Assembly (NCBI GenBank): GCA_964452165.1
Contig: CAYVKP010000001.1
Span: 554,729-618,728 of the forward strand
Source: an uncultured Gammaproteobacteria bacterium
Lineage (GTDB): Bacteria > Patescibacteriota > Microgenomatia > Levybacterales > GWA1-39-11
Direction of reading: 5' to 3'
DNA length: 64,000 bases
Below, piece after piece: positions 52,357 through 63,000 of the stretch (position 1 is its first letter; the number at the start of each line of letters is the position of its first letter). The notes beneath the pieces are model-generated. The model was not told the DNA's origin. It saw nothing but the letters and a program-made list of their open reading frames with translations, and made no database searches. The translations under genes were made by a program, and so were the position numbers.

Positions 52357-52551
52357 CTATTCCTCGTAGTCTGGAGTTTCTGCAGTATCTTCCTCAAGAT
52401 CTGTATCCGTATCAAAGTCGACATCGGAAGTTTCTCCTTCTTGAGTTGTTGTGTCTTGGCTTGCTTCCCCGACTCCACCCTTACTTCCTTCAGTTTCGGT
52501 TTCCGTTTCGCTTTCTTGGTTCATTGTTTTCTTTGGATCTTCAAATAACAT
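52357..52551 (-). CDS. Small, highly acidic, probably disordered protein
   Basis: 64 aa rich in E/D/T; strong SD AAGGGGGTGA upstream. Confidence 0.7.
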   Translation of the reverse strand: MLFEDPKKTMNQESETETETEGSKGGVGEASQDTTTQEGETSDVDFDTDTDLEEDTAETPDYEE

Positions 52552-52660
52552 TTAATTTCACCCCCTTTCCATTAATATTTATTGCTTAATGTTAAAGTAG
52601 GGCAGCGGGAAGCAAGTAAAAGTGGAGTAAGAAAATAAAAAGAAAAACGGGTAATAAATT

Positions 52661-54172
52661 TTATCTAAAACCAAGTCCCGGATCAACTCCAGCATCAAAA
52701 GGAATTTTTACTTCCTCATCTGTAAAGTTATATCTTTCTATTCTCCAGCCATTTTTAAGTGTAACAACGGATGCGGGTGTGGTGTCTATTTTTAAGCGAT
52801 TTTTTCTCCACCATTCGTACGAAAGATATGGATTATTAGCAGCAGGCGTTGCAACTACTATATAAGTTATGTTTTTTTTGGCAAAGTAGGAGGCATTTTT
52901 ATTCGGTCGCACTTTTTGCTGTTGGAGCAGCGCGTATTTTGGGCCATAGCCAATAATATCCGGAGTGTAAACGAAATATCCAAATTCTTTTTCTTTCCCG
53001 GAATAAACCTTGCCAGCCATGTTACTTAAAAATTTCCACGAAGTTTCATGAATTCCAATAGTGGTACGCGAATCGGAAATGTCAGTCAGTGCCGTCCTAA
53101 TATTTAGAATATAAATAATCCCGAAAATCAAAAGAAAGAGTGGTTTATATTTTGAAGTTGAGAATGATGAGAAGATTAAGAAAACGAGCGGGAAGAAGGG
53201 GTAGAAATAAAAATATAGAATTGGGCCGCGATTAATAAGAGTTGTAACAAAGTACCCGACGTAAAAATAAAGGAAGAGAAAATAGATATTCCTGTGCTTT
53301 TTATTTTTGATCTGGGTGATAAAAAAGAAAATAAAAATCGCTCCTGTTACGCTATTTAAAAGATGCGGGTCAAATCTGAGAATTTCAACGTTTGTTGTCA
53401 AAAGCATACTGCGAACCGAGAGCATGTTCGAAAGACTATACTTGACTGAGTCGCCACTTGTTGGGGATAGGTATCTCATAACAGAATGGAGCATTAGGAA
53501 CTGATGCTTGAGTTCGAATGCAACAAAGTTGAGCAGCGGAAGAATGATTAAGAGCAAGGCCAGCAGGTGGGCTCTTTGTTTTGTTCGAATCAATTTAAAC
53601 ACCAAAAGAATCACAGATAAAGCGAATAGAGGAATACCGATAGCAAGCTCGAAATGAATTATCAGACCCGAGATAAGTACGTAGAGCGCGAGGAGTTTAA
53701 AATCTTTCTTCTCAAAATATTTAACCAGGATAGCAAAATTGATTGGGATTAAAAACATTGCGCCGTCCGGATTGAACATGCCGTGGGCATGGAAAACCAT
53801 ATAGAGCGCGGTCATTGAGGCAAATAAATATCCGGTCAATTCGTCAAATAGGCTTTTGCCTACCTTATAGCAAGCAAATGCAAAAATAGCGCAAAGCAAA
53901 ATCCAAAACCAGCCAACCACAACAGGACTTCCATTTCCCAGGAGATACGCCGGATAATTAAGGTATATCCATAAAGGCCCATGGAAAAGACCCTCTACGC
54001 TGCTTTTTGGACCAATCAAAACTATTTTTTTCTGTGTAATTTCAGCAAACAATAAGAAGTCGCGTGCTATGTCAGAAGAGAAGGTAATGTCGCCATTTAT
54101 GACCCACCAGGAGGCAAGAATTAGTGATATTACAATCGCCAGAATGAAACCAAGTTTTAGCCTTTGAGACAT
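52661..54172 (-). CDS. GT-C membrane glycosyltransferase-like protein
   Basis: FSSDIARD, LIGP, FHGPLWIY (parallels 21272-22687); start set to ATG 54172 after TATAAT. Confidence 0.75.
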   Translation of the reverse strand: MSQRLKLGFILAIVISLILASWWVINGDITFSSDIARDFLLFAEITQKKIVLIGPKSSVEGLFHGPLWIYLNYPAYLLGNGSPVVVGWFWILLCAIFAFACYKVGKSLFDELTGYLFASMTALYMVFHAHGMFNPDGAMFLIPINFAILVKYFEKKDFKLLALYVLISGLIIHFELAIGIPLFALSVILLVFKLIRTKQRAHLLALLLIILPLLNFVAFELKHQFLMLHSVMRYLSPTSGDSVKYSLSNMLSVRSMLLTTNVEILRFDPHLLNSVTGAIFIFFFITQIKNKKHRNIYFLFLYFYVGYFVTTLINRGPILYFYFYPFFPLVFLIFSSFSTSKYKPLFLLIFGIIYILNIRTALTDISDSRTTIGIHETSWKFLSNMAGKVYSGKEKEFGYFVYTPDIIGYGPKYALLQQQKVRPNKNASYFAKKNITYIVVATPAANNPYLSYEWWRKNRLKIDTTPASVVTLKNGWRIERYNFTDEEVKIPFDAGVDPGLGFR

Positions 54173-54224
54173 TTTCTTGATTATAGCATTTCGGAAATTT
54201 GACCCGGAGGAGTAAAATATAGGG

Positions 54225-54794
54225 GTGAAAGAAACGTTTGCCATTGGGCAAAGTGGAAGAACGCCGGACGGCGGATACCTGAGCGTTGTAGAAAAAAGCA
54301 AAACTTCTGATTTCCAAATTCCAGGCAGCACCGCAAGACACGAGGGACACCACATGTCACCCAATCCTGAGAATGTGAGAGGGGCCTCAATAAACCCCAA
54401 AGGAGATTCCCTGGGACAGACAGAACTGATTACTTTTGATCCTAATGCTGCTCTTCGTCCTCACAAAAAAGGAATGGGTGGGACGGGCTGGGATAGATAT
54501 ATAACTGTGGCCCATGGATATAGTGAAAATAGCGGATCTGATGGTGACGCAGAGGAAGATGAATTGGCATATGTATTCGCCGGAGTTCTAGAGGCAAGAA
54601 AAGTGATGGGCCATTGGGAGATCCAGGATGTTGCCCACGAAGTGAAACATGGGAAAGAAGTCAGTGTATTTTATACTCCTCCAAGCGGAGAAACCCAAAT
54701 TCAAAAGCAAAACGTGGAATGGAGTGTGAAAAGAGTGGAAGTGGTCATGGAGCCAAACAAGGAATACGAACCCGAGCTCGCCCTCGCCGCATAA
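54225..54794 (+). CDS. Hypothetical protein (orphan)
   Basis: 189-aa ORF with GTG start shortly after TAAAAT. Confidence 0.6.
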   Translation: MKETFAIGQSGRTPDGGYLSVVEKSKTSDFQIPGSTARHEGHHMSPNPENVRGASINPKGDSLGQTELITFDPNAALRPHKKGMGGTGWDRYITVAHGYSENSGSDGDAEEDELAYVFAGVLEARKVMGHWEIQDVAHEVKHGKEVSVFYTPPSGETQIQKQNVEWSVKRVEVVMEPNKEYEPELALAA

Positions 54795-54820
54795 GCTAAA
54801 TCGTTGATATAATACCCCTA

Positions 54821-55282
54821 ATGCAAATAAGACAATATCAACCGGCAGACAAAAAATCAGTTTTTGAGCTACACGTTCGTGCTTTGGAAAATGAAAAGGC
54901 ACGGATGTACACGGGTCATTGGGAAGAAGACTTCAATAACATTGAAGGAATTTACCTGCAAAATAGAGGAGATTTTTTAGTTGGTGAAATAAGTGGAAAA
55001 ATTGTAGCAATGGGTGGTTTAAGAAAAATGACTAATGAAATTGTAGAAGTAAGAAGAATGAGAGTGGACCCAGATTTTCAGAGAAGAGGTCTCGGGCAAG
55101 AAATTCTTGATGCATTAGAACTGAAAGCTAAGGAGTTGGGATATAAAATAATCCAACTAAACACATCTGCTAAACAAGTCCCCGCTCAAAAATTTTATTT
55201 GAAGAACGGTTATAAGGAAATAAGAAGAGAAACAGAGGGTTGGGTAGTTGATAATATTATTTACCAAAAGCCAATAAAATAA
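54821..55282 (+). CDS. GNAT-family N-acetyltransferase
   Basis: MRVDPDFQRRGLGQ acetyl-CoA motif, A.KFY.KNGY. Confidence 0.92.
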   Translation: MQIRQYQPADKKSVFELHVRALENEKARMYTGHWEEDFNNIEGIYLQNRGDFLVGEISGKIVAMGGLRKMTNEIVEVRRMRVDPDFQRRGLGQEILDALELKAKELGYKIIQLNTSAKQVPAQKFYLKNGYKEIRRETEGWVVDNIIYQKPIK

Positions 55283-55286
55283 AAGC

Positions 55287-56712
55287 TGTGAACCTAACTA
55301 TCCACAGTTCGAACCCACTATTAAGTTTTGGGCAACTCTAAGTTCATCTTACGAACGTACGGATGACAAATACACGGACGGTTGACACAGAAATATAAAT
55401 AGCAAATACTTATGTATATGGAAGATAATATTAAGACAGAAAAACAACCAATAGAAAATTCGGCATCTGAACAAATTCCGCCCACTTCCAATGTTTTAGA
55501 GCCTAAGCCTAAACATAGACCCCCGATTATAGTCACAATTATCATTTTATTCTTATTAGTAGTCGGAACTGCCTCTGCGTATTTATATTTTCAAAGAAGC
55601 ATGACAAAAACAGTCGGAACCCTCTGTGACCCATGTGAAAACTGGTCGTCTCCAACTCCTGACCCAACCGCCAATTGGAAAACATATACAAACAATTCGG
55701 CAAGCTTTTCTATAAAGTATGATCCACTCTGGAAAATAACAGATAATAATAAAACTGTGTTTTATAATGGGAATCCTTCATGGGAGGTTAAATTTAACAT
55801 TACTGAAGGAACCGATCTATACATCAATATATCGGAAAATGGAAACTTCAAGAATGATGAGGATTATTTAAATTTCTATAAAAAAGAATTTAGCTATGGC
55901 TCAGGGTTAAATTCTGGTAATTCTGAAGAAATTAAAGTTGATGGTATCAATGCATTACTTACTAAAGAATCAAAGACACCGACTGAAAAAGGGCAAAAAG
56001 GAGAACCTCCATTCTGGCACACAGAAGTATTTGCATTCAATGATGGAAAGACCTATGATATTTTACTCAAGAGCGATTTAAAAAGTGGTAACCAGGAGCC
56101 TCTACTTAAGCAAATCCTTTCGACCTTCAAATTCATTAATAAACAGGAATCAGGCAATGAATTAAATAAATTTATTTCCTATAAAATACCTGAAGGGTGG
56201 AGCGATGTTACCAAACCCGCTTCAGATTCAATATCAATTGAGGACCCCAATTATTATTCCGGTAGTTCTGACCAGTTAGGAATTGCGATATACAGATCTA
56301 CAGCTCTGGGTAATTTAGACTATTATAAAAATTTGTATAAAGGAGCAAATCAAGTTAAAGGAAATACGGTAATTGATAATGAACCGGCAATAATAGTTGA
56401 TATGAATTACGAAGGACACTCCTTGGACTATGATGTTATTAAAAATGGATTTATGTGGTATATAAGTTTTCAATCAGCAGGACATGCGGAGCAAAAATAC
56501 AACAAAGAGATCCAAGAGTTTATTAAATCAATAAAATTTAAATAATGGAAGAAAGTATTAAAATTGAAAACCAGCTATTATCGACCTATTACCCTGATGG
56601 AGTATCGAACCAAAATGAGGCTAAAAAATAAATATGAAAAAGATTATAACCCTAAACTGCTATATTTCCACGCTCAAGCGGTTCGAACCTCTTGCCTGAG
56701 TGTTCCTTTATG
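55287..56712. mobile_element. Degenerate single-gene islet at the 3' end of tRNA-Glu
   Basis: Left boundary TGTGA...TCGAACCC (55287-55316) echoes the tRNA-Glu 3' end (56711-56735); AT-rich cargo; no intact integrase. Confidence 0.5.
55412..56545 (+). CDS. Membrane-anchored surface protein with two PsbP/DcrB-like domains
   Basis: TM helix, PTPDPTANWKTYTN..FSIKY..W, QILSTFKF; second unit YKIPEGW...FIKSIKF. Confidence 0.7.
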   Translation: MYMEDNIKTEKQPIENSASEQIPPTSNVLEPKPKHRPPIIVTIIILFLLVVGTASAYLYFQRSMTKTVGTLCDPCENWSSPTPDPTANWKTYTNNSASFSIKYDPLWKITDNNKTVFYNGNPSWEVKFNITEGTDLYINISENGNFKNDEDYLNFYKKEFSYGSGLNSGNSEEIKVDGINALLTKESKTPTEKGQKGEPPFWHTEVFAFNDGKTYDILLKSDLKSGNQEPLLKQILSTFKFINKQESGNELNKFISYKIPEGWSDVTKPASDSISIEDPNYYSGSSDQLGIAIYRSTALGNLDYYKNLYKGANQVKGNTVIDNEPAIIVDMNYEGHSLDYDVIKNGFMWYISFQSAGHAEQKYNKEIQEFIKSIKFK

Positions 56713-56784
56713 TGACGCCTACGGGAGTCGAACCCGTCCTACAGGGATGAAAGCCCTGTTTCCTAACCGATAGAAGAAGGCGCC
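56713..56784 (-). tRNA. tRNA-Glu(TTC)
   Basis: GGCGCCT/AGGCGTC acceptor, CAGGG-CTTTCAT-CCCTG anticodon arm, TTCGACT T-loop. Confidence 0.95.
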
Positions 56785-56879
56785 GCGACTTACAATTATA
56801 TTAAAGTGGGCCTCAAACATCAAATCAAAAGAAAACATTCCCATTTCTGAGAATGCTTTCTTTGTTTACAAACCAGTTT

Positions 56880-57548
56880 TTAAAGCTTTTTTGATAGCTT
56901 TACTAAAATGTCACGTGCAACCTCTTTTCCTCCAAGTCCAAAAGCCAAGCCACCGGCCAATGCTACCATCGCTATGATTCCTGCAAAAAGAATCTTTATC
57001 AAATCACTTGCAATACCAAGCTGATTTAAGGCAATGAGGACTGCAAATACTACGATTGCATATCTTCCTGCGTTTGCTACGGTTCTTGCTGATTCGCTTG
57101 AAACGCCACTAACTGATGCTAACAAAAGGTCATGTACCAGTCTTCCGACTACAAAACCAACTAAAAGCAAAAGTACTGCAACGATTACGTTTGGCAAGAA
57201 AGACAAAAAGTTATTTAGGATAACAACGAATTGTCCAAGCCCCCAAATGTCTGCTGTTGGAGCAAGAAATAAGACGATTACAAACCAGCGTGCGAGTTCT
57301 GCCAAGAAATTGGTCCATGAAACTCCCTCGCGGCTTTTGCTTTCAGGAACCCCATATCTATCCAAAAGCGAATCAAGCTTTACAATTTTAAAGACCTGAA
57401 TTAAAACTTGCTTCACGATGGACGCAATGATCAAACCGATCAAAAGAACAATGAGACCAGTAATAAAACGTGGGACAAAAAGGGCAGCTGAAGCAACTGT
57501 ATTGTTAAGAGTTGTCGTAAATAATTCATTTACGTTCTCAAACTGCAT
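56880..57548 (-). CDS. Conserved TM-helix-repeat protein (CmpX/MscS N-terminal-like)
   Basis: Repeats FVPRFITGLIVLLIG and FLPNVIVAVLLLLVG; ALNQLGIA, LAFGLGGKE; SD GAGGAGGTGA. Confidence 0.85.
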   Translation of the reverse strand: MQFENVNELFTTTLNNTVASAALFVPRFITGLIVLLIGLIIASIVKQVLIQVFKIVKLDSLLDRYGVPESKSREGVSWTNFLAELARWFVIVLFLAPTADIWGLGQFVVILNNFLSFLPNVIVAVLLLLVGFVVGRLVHDLLLASVSGVSSESARTVANAGRYAIVVFAVLIALNQLGIASDLIKILFAGIIAMVALAGGLAFGLGGKEVARDILVKLSKKL

Positions 57549-57712
57549 ATTATTTCACCTCCTCTCGTAATTAAGTCTAGAAAAAAAGCTAACTCTTCCC
57601 AGAAGTTAACAAGAAAAGATTGATTTGTCAATGCTTTTTTCACTTTCTAGGTTCGGGCTTGTTGATTTAGGTTCGGGTCTTCTGATAAAATTGAGTGTTC
57701 GAATTTTAGTTC

Positions 57713-57784
57713 GGGCCGATAGCTCAACGGTAGAGCAAAAGCCTTTTAAGCTTTTGGTTCTGGGTTCGAATCCCAGTCGGCTCA
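57713..57784 (+). tRNA. tRNA-Lys(TTT)
   Basis: GGGCCGA/TCGGCTC acceptor, AAAGC-CTTTTAA-GCTTT anticodon arm, TTCGAAT T-loop. Confidence 0.95.
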
Positions 57785-58432
57785 CAATTTGAGGTTATTT
57801 TCTTGGAGGAAATACCCCAGCATCAAGTTCACTCACGGGTTTTTGCTCACCTGGCTTATATGAAAATTGATCCTTCAATTTAGCGCTAAGATCCTTACCT
57901 GCAAGACCTTCATCTAAACTTTCTTTTATTGACTTAACAACTTCATCTAAATTGGTGATGTTTGGTTTTTCAAGATGAGTTACTCCTGCTGTTCTGGCAT
58001 CAACTTGCGGTTGGTCGGAGTATCTTATTACACCATGCCCTGCACCGGGATTATCGGAAAGACTGATTACAGGAACTCCAGATTCAACAACTTCGTTTAT
58101 AGCTGGGAGAAGTTCGTTTTGTGTTGCACCGTTAGCATGCCCAATTAGTATCATAGCGTTGGCATCTTTTGCAATTGTTCTGAGAACGTCAGGAGACATT
58201 CCAGGTAAAATATTTACTATTGGGATTCTGTGTCCGCTTTTAACTTCAGGTTCTTTAGCAGCGTTTGGTTCTCCGGGAAACTCAGTCATAGTTTTACCTA
58301 TTATACCACTGGATTCTAATTCCTATTGGTAGTTGGTCAGTAGATTTGAATTGACTTCAGGATTTTGAACTATCTTCCATTGTTCTAAAGAGGCCCGAAT
58401 CTGGTTTCCAATTCAAAACATTTGGCTCACAA
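57779..58432. mobile_element. Single-gene islet at the 3' end of tRNA-Lys, bounded by 9-bp direct repeat GGCTCACAA
   Basis: GGCTCACAA at 57779-57787 (tRNA 3' end) and 58424-58432 (next to the MFS stop codon). Confidence 0.6.
57795..58289 (-). CDS. Stand-alone asparaginase C-terminal-domain-like protein
   Basis: IPIVNILPGMSPD..AMILIGHANGA...AINEVVESGVPVISLS...G.....Y......AGV. Confidence 0.65.
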   Translation of the reverse strand: MTEFPGEPNAAKEPEVKSGHRIPIVNILPGMSPDVLRTIAKDANAMILIGHANGATQNELLPAINEVVESGVPVISLSDNPGAGHGVIRYSDQPQVDARTAGVTHLEKPNITNLDEVVKSIKESLDEGLAGKDLSAKLKDQFSYKPGEQKPVSELDAGVFPPRK

Positions 58433-58433
58433 G

Positions 58434-59735
58434 TTAGTGCTTTGTTATTGCGTGAGTAAGTTCTGCTTCGGCCTCAGCCTCCGTAATGTGTTTGTGTTTC
58501 AGATTGTGTGAGTCAATACTTTTTGCAATCCAAATCATTGCAAATTGCGATACTAAAACCGCAACCGGAATGACCCTCAATGAAAAGTCTGATGAAATAA
58601 ATTTATAAGCCGCAATCAGCGCCAAAATTGAGGTGATCCTTCCAAGATTTAAATAAACCTCCTCGTCATAGATAAAGGAGTAGTGGTTATGACCGGTTTG
58701 AGCTTCTTCTCTGTCAATAGAGTCATTGCTAAGTGAGGCATAAGAGACTCCATAAAGGGGATAGCCAATTGAAGTTGTTGCGATAAGAAGTAATGCTCCA
58801 AGCCCCGAGTAAAGAAGACTAAAGGAAAGTGTTCCCAGGAAAATCAGGATAACACCTACGGCAAAAAGTGCAACCCTATGTTTTTGTGATAATTTTCTCC
58901 CGGTAAAGTATGCAGCTATGACTGATAGTACCGATGCCAGTGATTGCACAAGCCCGAGCTTATCTTCATTCCCAACGAAAATTAAAATGAAAAGAGTTGG
59001 AAGGAATAGCTCAACCCCATGGTATAGACCAACAAGGTAAGTAAATACTCTCATGTCATTCCACGTTTTTGTTACCCTTGATAAGCTTACTTTGGAAATT
59101 GGGTCAGTCTTAACATTGGAATTTTTGAGGCAGTAGCCTGAGATGAAAGAAATCACAATAGCGGCCAAAGCTATTGCTCTGTATGCAAAATTTATTGAGT
59201 AAAGATTTACTTTATCACCGAATACTAGTACCCAACCTATGATTATGGGGACCAAGATTGATAATAGTATGCCCGAGGCAGCCTCAAGGCTTGAGAAATA
59301 AATTCGGTTGGTTGTGTCCGTGGTTTTTATTGTCAGAAGGGTTCTGTTTGCCCAGAAAAAGCCCGCTCCAATACCCAGCAATCCCCCAAACAAAATGGCT
59401 ATTGGATAATTGACACGTGGCGAGAACATTAAAAGAAAAACTGTTAGTCCTTGCAAGATGTTGCCCGCCATAAAAAGAGCTTTGGGACTAAATCTTTTTA
59501 GGAAAAGTCCATTTATATAAAAAGTTACGGGTAGGGCAACGCACCAAGGTAGAAAATATGTGGCGATTAAAAAAATATCATGCGAATTTCTCCACAAAAA
59601 AGCATTGGTAAACAAATATAAAACAGGGTCGATGATGTTATAGAAAAATATTGCCTTGATAAGTCTCTGTCCATCAGCGCTCAATGCTCTAAAATATGAA
59701 ATCTCTTTTGAGATAGTTTTTTTAAATAAATCCAT
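58434..59735 (-). CDS. MFS-type transporter
   Basis: About 12 TM helices in two halves; GAGFFWANR...NRIYFSS, LNLGRI. Confidence 0.8.
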   Translation of the reverse strand: MDLFKKTISKEISYFRALSADGQRLIKAIFFYNIIDPVLYLFTNAFLWRNSHDIFLIATYFLPWCVALPVTFYINGLFLKRFSPKALFMAGNILQGLTVFLLMFSPRVNYPIAILFGGLLGIGAGFFWANRTLLTIKTTDTTNRIYFSSLEAASGILLSILVPIIIGWVLVFGDKVNLYSINFAYRAIALAAIVISFISGYCLKNSNVKTDPISKVSLSRVTKTWNDMRVFTYLVGLYHGVELFLPTLFILIFVGNEDKLGLVQSLASVLSVIAAYFTGRKLSQKHRVALFAVGVILIFLGTLSFSLLYSGLGALLLIATTSIGYPLYGVSYASLSNDSIDREEAQTGHNHYSFIYDEEVYLNLGRITSILALIAAYKFISSDFSLRVIPVAVLVSQFAMIWIAKSIDSHNLKHKHITEAEAEAELTHAITKH

Positions 59736-59757
59736 TCAAAAATAATTATACCAAGCT

Positions 59758-60291
59758 TTACTTAAGTTGGCTCAGAAGTTGTTTGAGGAATGTATTTGAA
59801 ATATTCATATCGGCATTTTCAATGAATTCCCCCAAGTTCTTTTTCTGTTGGTCCGCATATTCTTTTGCCTGGATAGCGGTTTCAAGCTTATCTATTTCCC
59901 AGACTAGTTGTGCTTCTCGTGTTTTTCTTGCAAGTAACTCATGAAATAGTTTTGGATACTGTGGGTCAATACTTTTGAAAATCTTCTTGATAGCCGCAAG
60001 CTCTCTTTTTTCTTTATCCAGTCTAGTATTATCAGATATTTTTCGTCCTCTTTGCCACACAATATCACCAATTTCCGCTTCGCCAATGTCATGAATCACC
60101 ATCATTTTTATGAACTTGAGTTCATCAACTTTTAAATATGGAGCAAGAATCATCGCCAACACTGCGCTTCTAAAACTGTGATCGGCTACGCTCTCGGAAT
60201 TTTTGATTTTCTCCCTAACCCAACCGGATCTCTTGAGACTTTTTAATTTGCTGATGGTTTTTGCAAACTTAATGAGGTTTTGGGCGCGCAT
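59758..60291 (-). CDS. HD-domain phosphohydrolase (YfbR/HDDC2-like)
   Basis: LKRSGW, ESVADHSFR, IHDIGEAEIGD, IDKLE. Confidence 0.92.
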   Translation of the reverse strand: MRAQNLIKFAKTISKLKSLKRSGWVREKIKNSESVADHSFRSAVLAMILAPYLKVDELKFIKMMVIHDIGEAEIGDIVWQRGRKISDNTRLDKEKRELAAIKKIFKSIDPQYPKLFHELLARKTREAQLVWEIDKLETAIQAKEYADQQKKNLGEFIENADMNISNTFLKQLLSQLK

Positions 60292-60295
60292 GGCC

Positions 60296-61621
<1,326 letters not shown>

Positions 61622-62053
61622 TTATGGGCGGTTCAAAATTTTTACAACAATTTTTCCTCCTGGGGTATTAATTTCCGCTGTATCGCCGTGGCTTGCAAGT
61701 AATGCTTTTCCAATCGGGGAGTTTGCAGAAAGCTTGTGTTCGGCGGGGTTTGCTTCAAAATCACCAACAATTTCATAGGTAACTTGTTTACCATTTTGTT
61801 CAACGACAAATCTTTGAGAGTCAACTACGTCGGCCAGTTTTGTTTGAAGAGATAATCTACGAAGTTGTGAGTCGATTGACCGCAGGCGCTGTTTTGCGGC
61901 AGTATAAAGTCCGTTTTCTGAAAGATCTCCCATCTCTCTTGCGCGAGATAGTTCTTTGACAGCGGCGGGCCGGCTATTCTCAAGTTGCGCAACCTGCTTC
62001 TTTAAATCCTCAAGACCTTCTTTTGTAAATTTAATTCTCCTTAGTTGTCTCAT
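61622..62053 (-). CDS. greA: Transcription elongation factor GreA
   Basis: AREMGDLSEN, IVG..EANP, SPIGKALL. Confidence 0.93.
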   Translation of the reverse strand: MRQLRRIKFTKEGLEDLKKQVAQLENSRPAAVKELSRAREMGDLSENGLYTAAKQRLRSIDSQLRRLSLQTKLADVVDSQRFVVEQNGKQVTYEIVGDFEANPAEHKLSANSPIGKALLASHGDTAEINTPGGKIVVKILNRP

Positions 62054-63000
62054 AAAGTATTAACTATCTGCCTAACATCTTCCAGATTTTTGGTTGTCAT
62101 GAATTTCTCTCGCAGTTCCTTTGCATTCGGGAGCCCGAGTGTGTAGATTTTATAGAACTTTCTCAAAATTTCAAAGTGTTTGTTTTCTCCCCATTGTTGC
62201 TCGAATAATTCCGAATGGCGCATGAGCAGTTCCATTCTTTGTTTGAGAGTTAAATTTTCTATGTTTTGCGTACCACCAAACAGGAATGGATTTTTAAATA
62301 TTCCGCGGCCCATCATGACTCCATCAATTTTATATTGCTCAGTAATTTCCTTCGCTTGTTCTACTGATTCTACGTCCCCATTTGCCAGGAGTACGGTCTG
62401 CTTATTAATTTTATTTCTCAGCTCAACAATTCTTGGAAGTTCTTCCCAGTGTGGAGGAGGGGCCGACATCTCCCTGGCAGTCCGCAAGTGAACGGTTAGG
62501 GCGTCAATATTTTGTTCAAGTAAAAAAGAGATCCATTCTTCGGTTACTATATCTTTTATTCCGATTCTTGTTTTGACCGAAACAGGTAAATCCAGGGCGC
62601 CCCCCTTGGTCGCAGTAATAATTTCCGTGACAAGCTCGTGATTATGAATAAGTCCAGCACACGCTCCCCGTTTTACAACATTTTTTTCAGGACAACCCAT
62701 ATTGATATCAATTCCGTCATAACCCATCTCAGCAATTTTTTGAGCAGCTTTCGCATAATTCTCTGGTTTCATTCCCCAGATCTGTGCGATTAACGGTCTT
62801 TCCTCCGGCGTGAAGATTAAGCGGTGTTCTACTTGCTTTGCTCCCTTTGAAAAAAGCCCATCAACGTTGGTAAATTCGGTAAAGTAAACGCTAGGTCTGC
62901 CGCAATAATTTATTACACGGCGAAAAACCGTATCGGTTACTCCCTCCATTGGAGCGAGCGCTAGAATTGGCTTGTTTAAATTTTGCCAGAAGTCTTTCAT
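62050..63000 (-). CDS. tRNA-dihydrouridine synthase (Dus family)
   Basis: LAPMEGVTD, DINMGCP, VSVKTRIG, VHLRT, NGDV, GVMMGRG. Confidence 0.95.
   Translation of the reverse strand: MKDFWQNLNKPILALAPMEGVTDTVFRRVINYCGRPSVYFTEFTNVDGLFSKGAKQVEHRLIFTPEERPLIAQIWGMKPENYAKAAQKIAEMGYDGIDINMGCPEKNVVKRGACAGLIHNHELVTEIITATKGGALDLPVSVKTRIGIKDIVTEEWISFLLEQNIDALTVHLRTAREMSAPPPHWEELPRIVELRNKINKQTVLLANGDVESVEQAKEITEQYKIDGVMMGRGIFKNPFLFGGTQNIENLTLKQRMELLMRHSELFEQQWGENKHFEILRKFYKIYTLGLPNAKELREKFMTTKNLEDVRQIVNTL

Noticed and set aside
54173-54400. Extended N-terminus of the 579-aa GT-C ORF
   Set aside because: It overlaps the divergent 54225 gene; a -10 box and the first TM helix support ATG 54172
56564-56773. 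69-aa ORF
   Set aside because: It runs antisense through tRNA-Glu; treated at most as a recombinase remnant, not a gene
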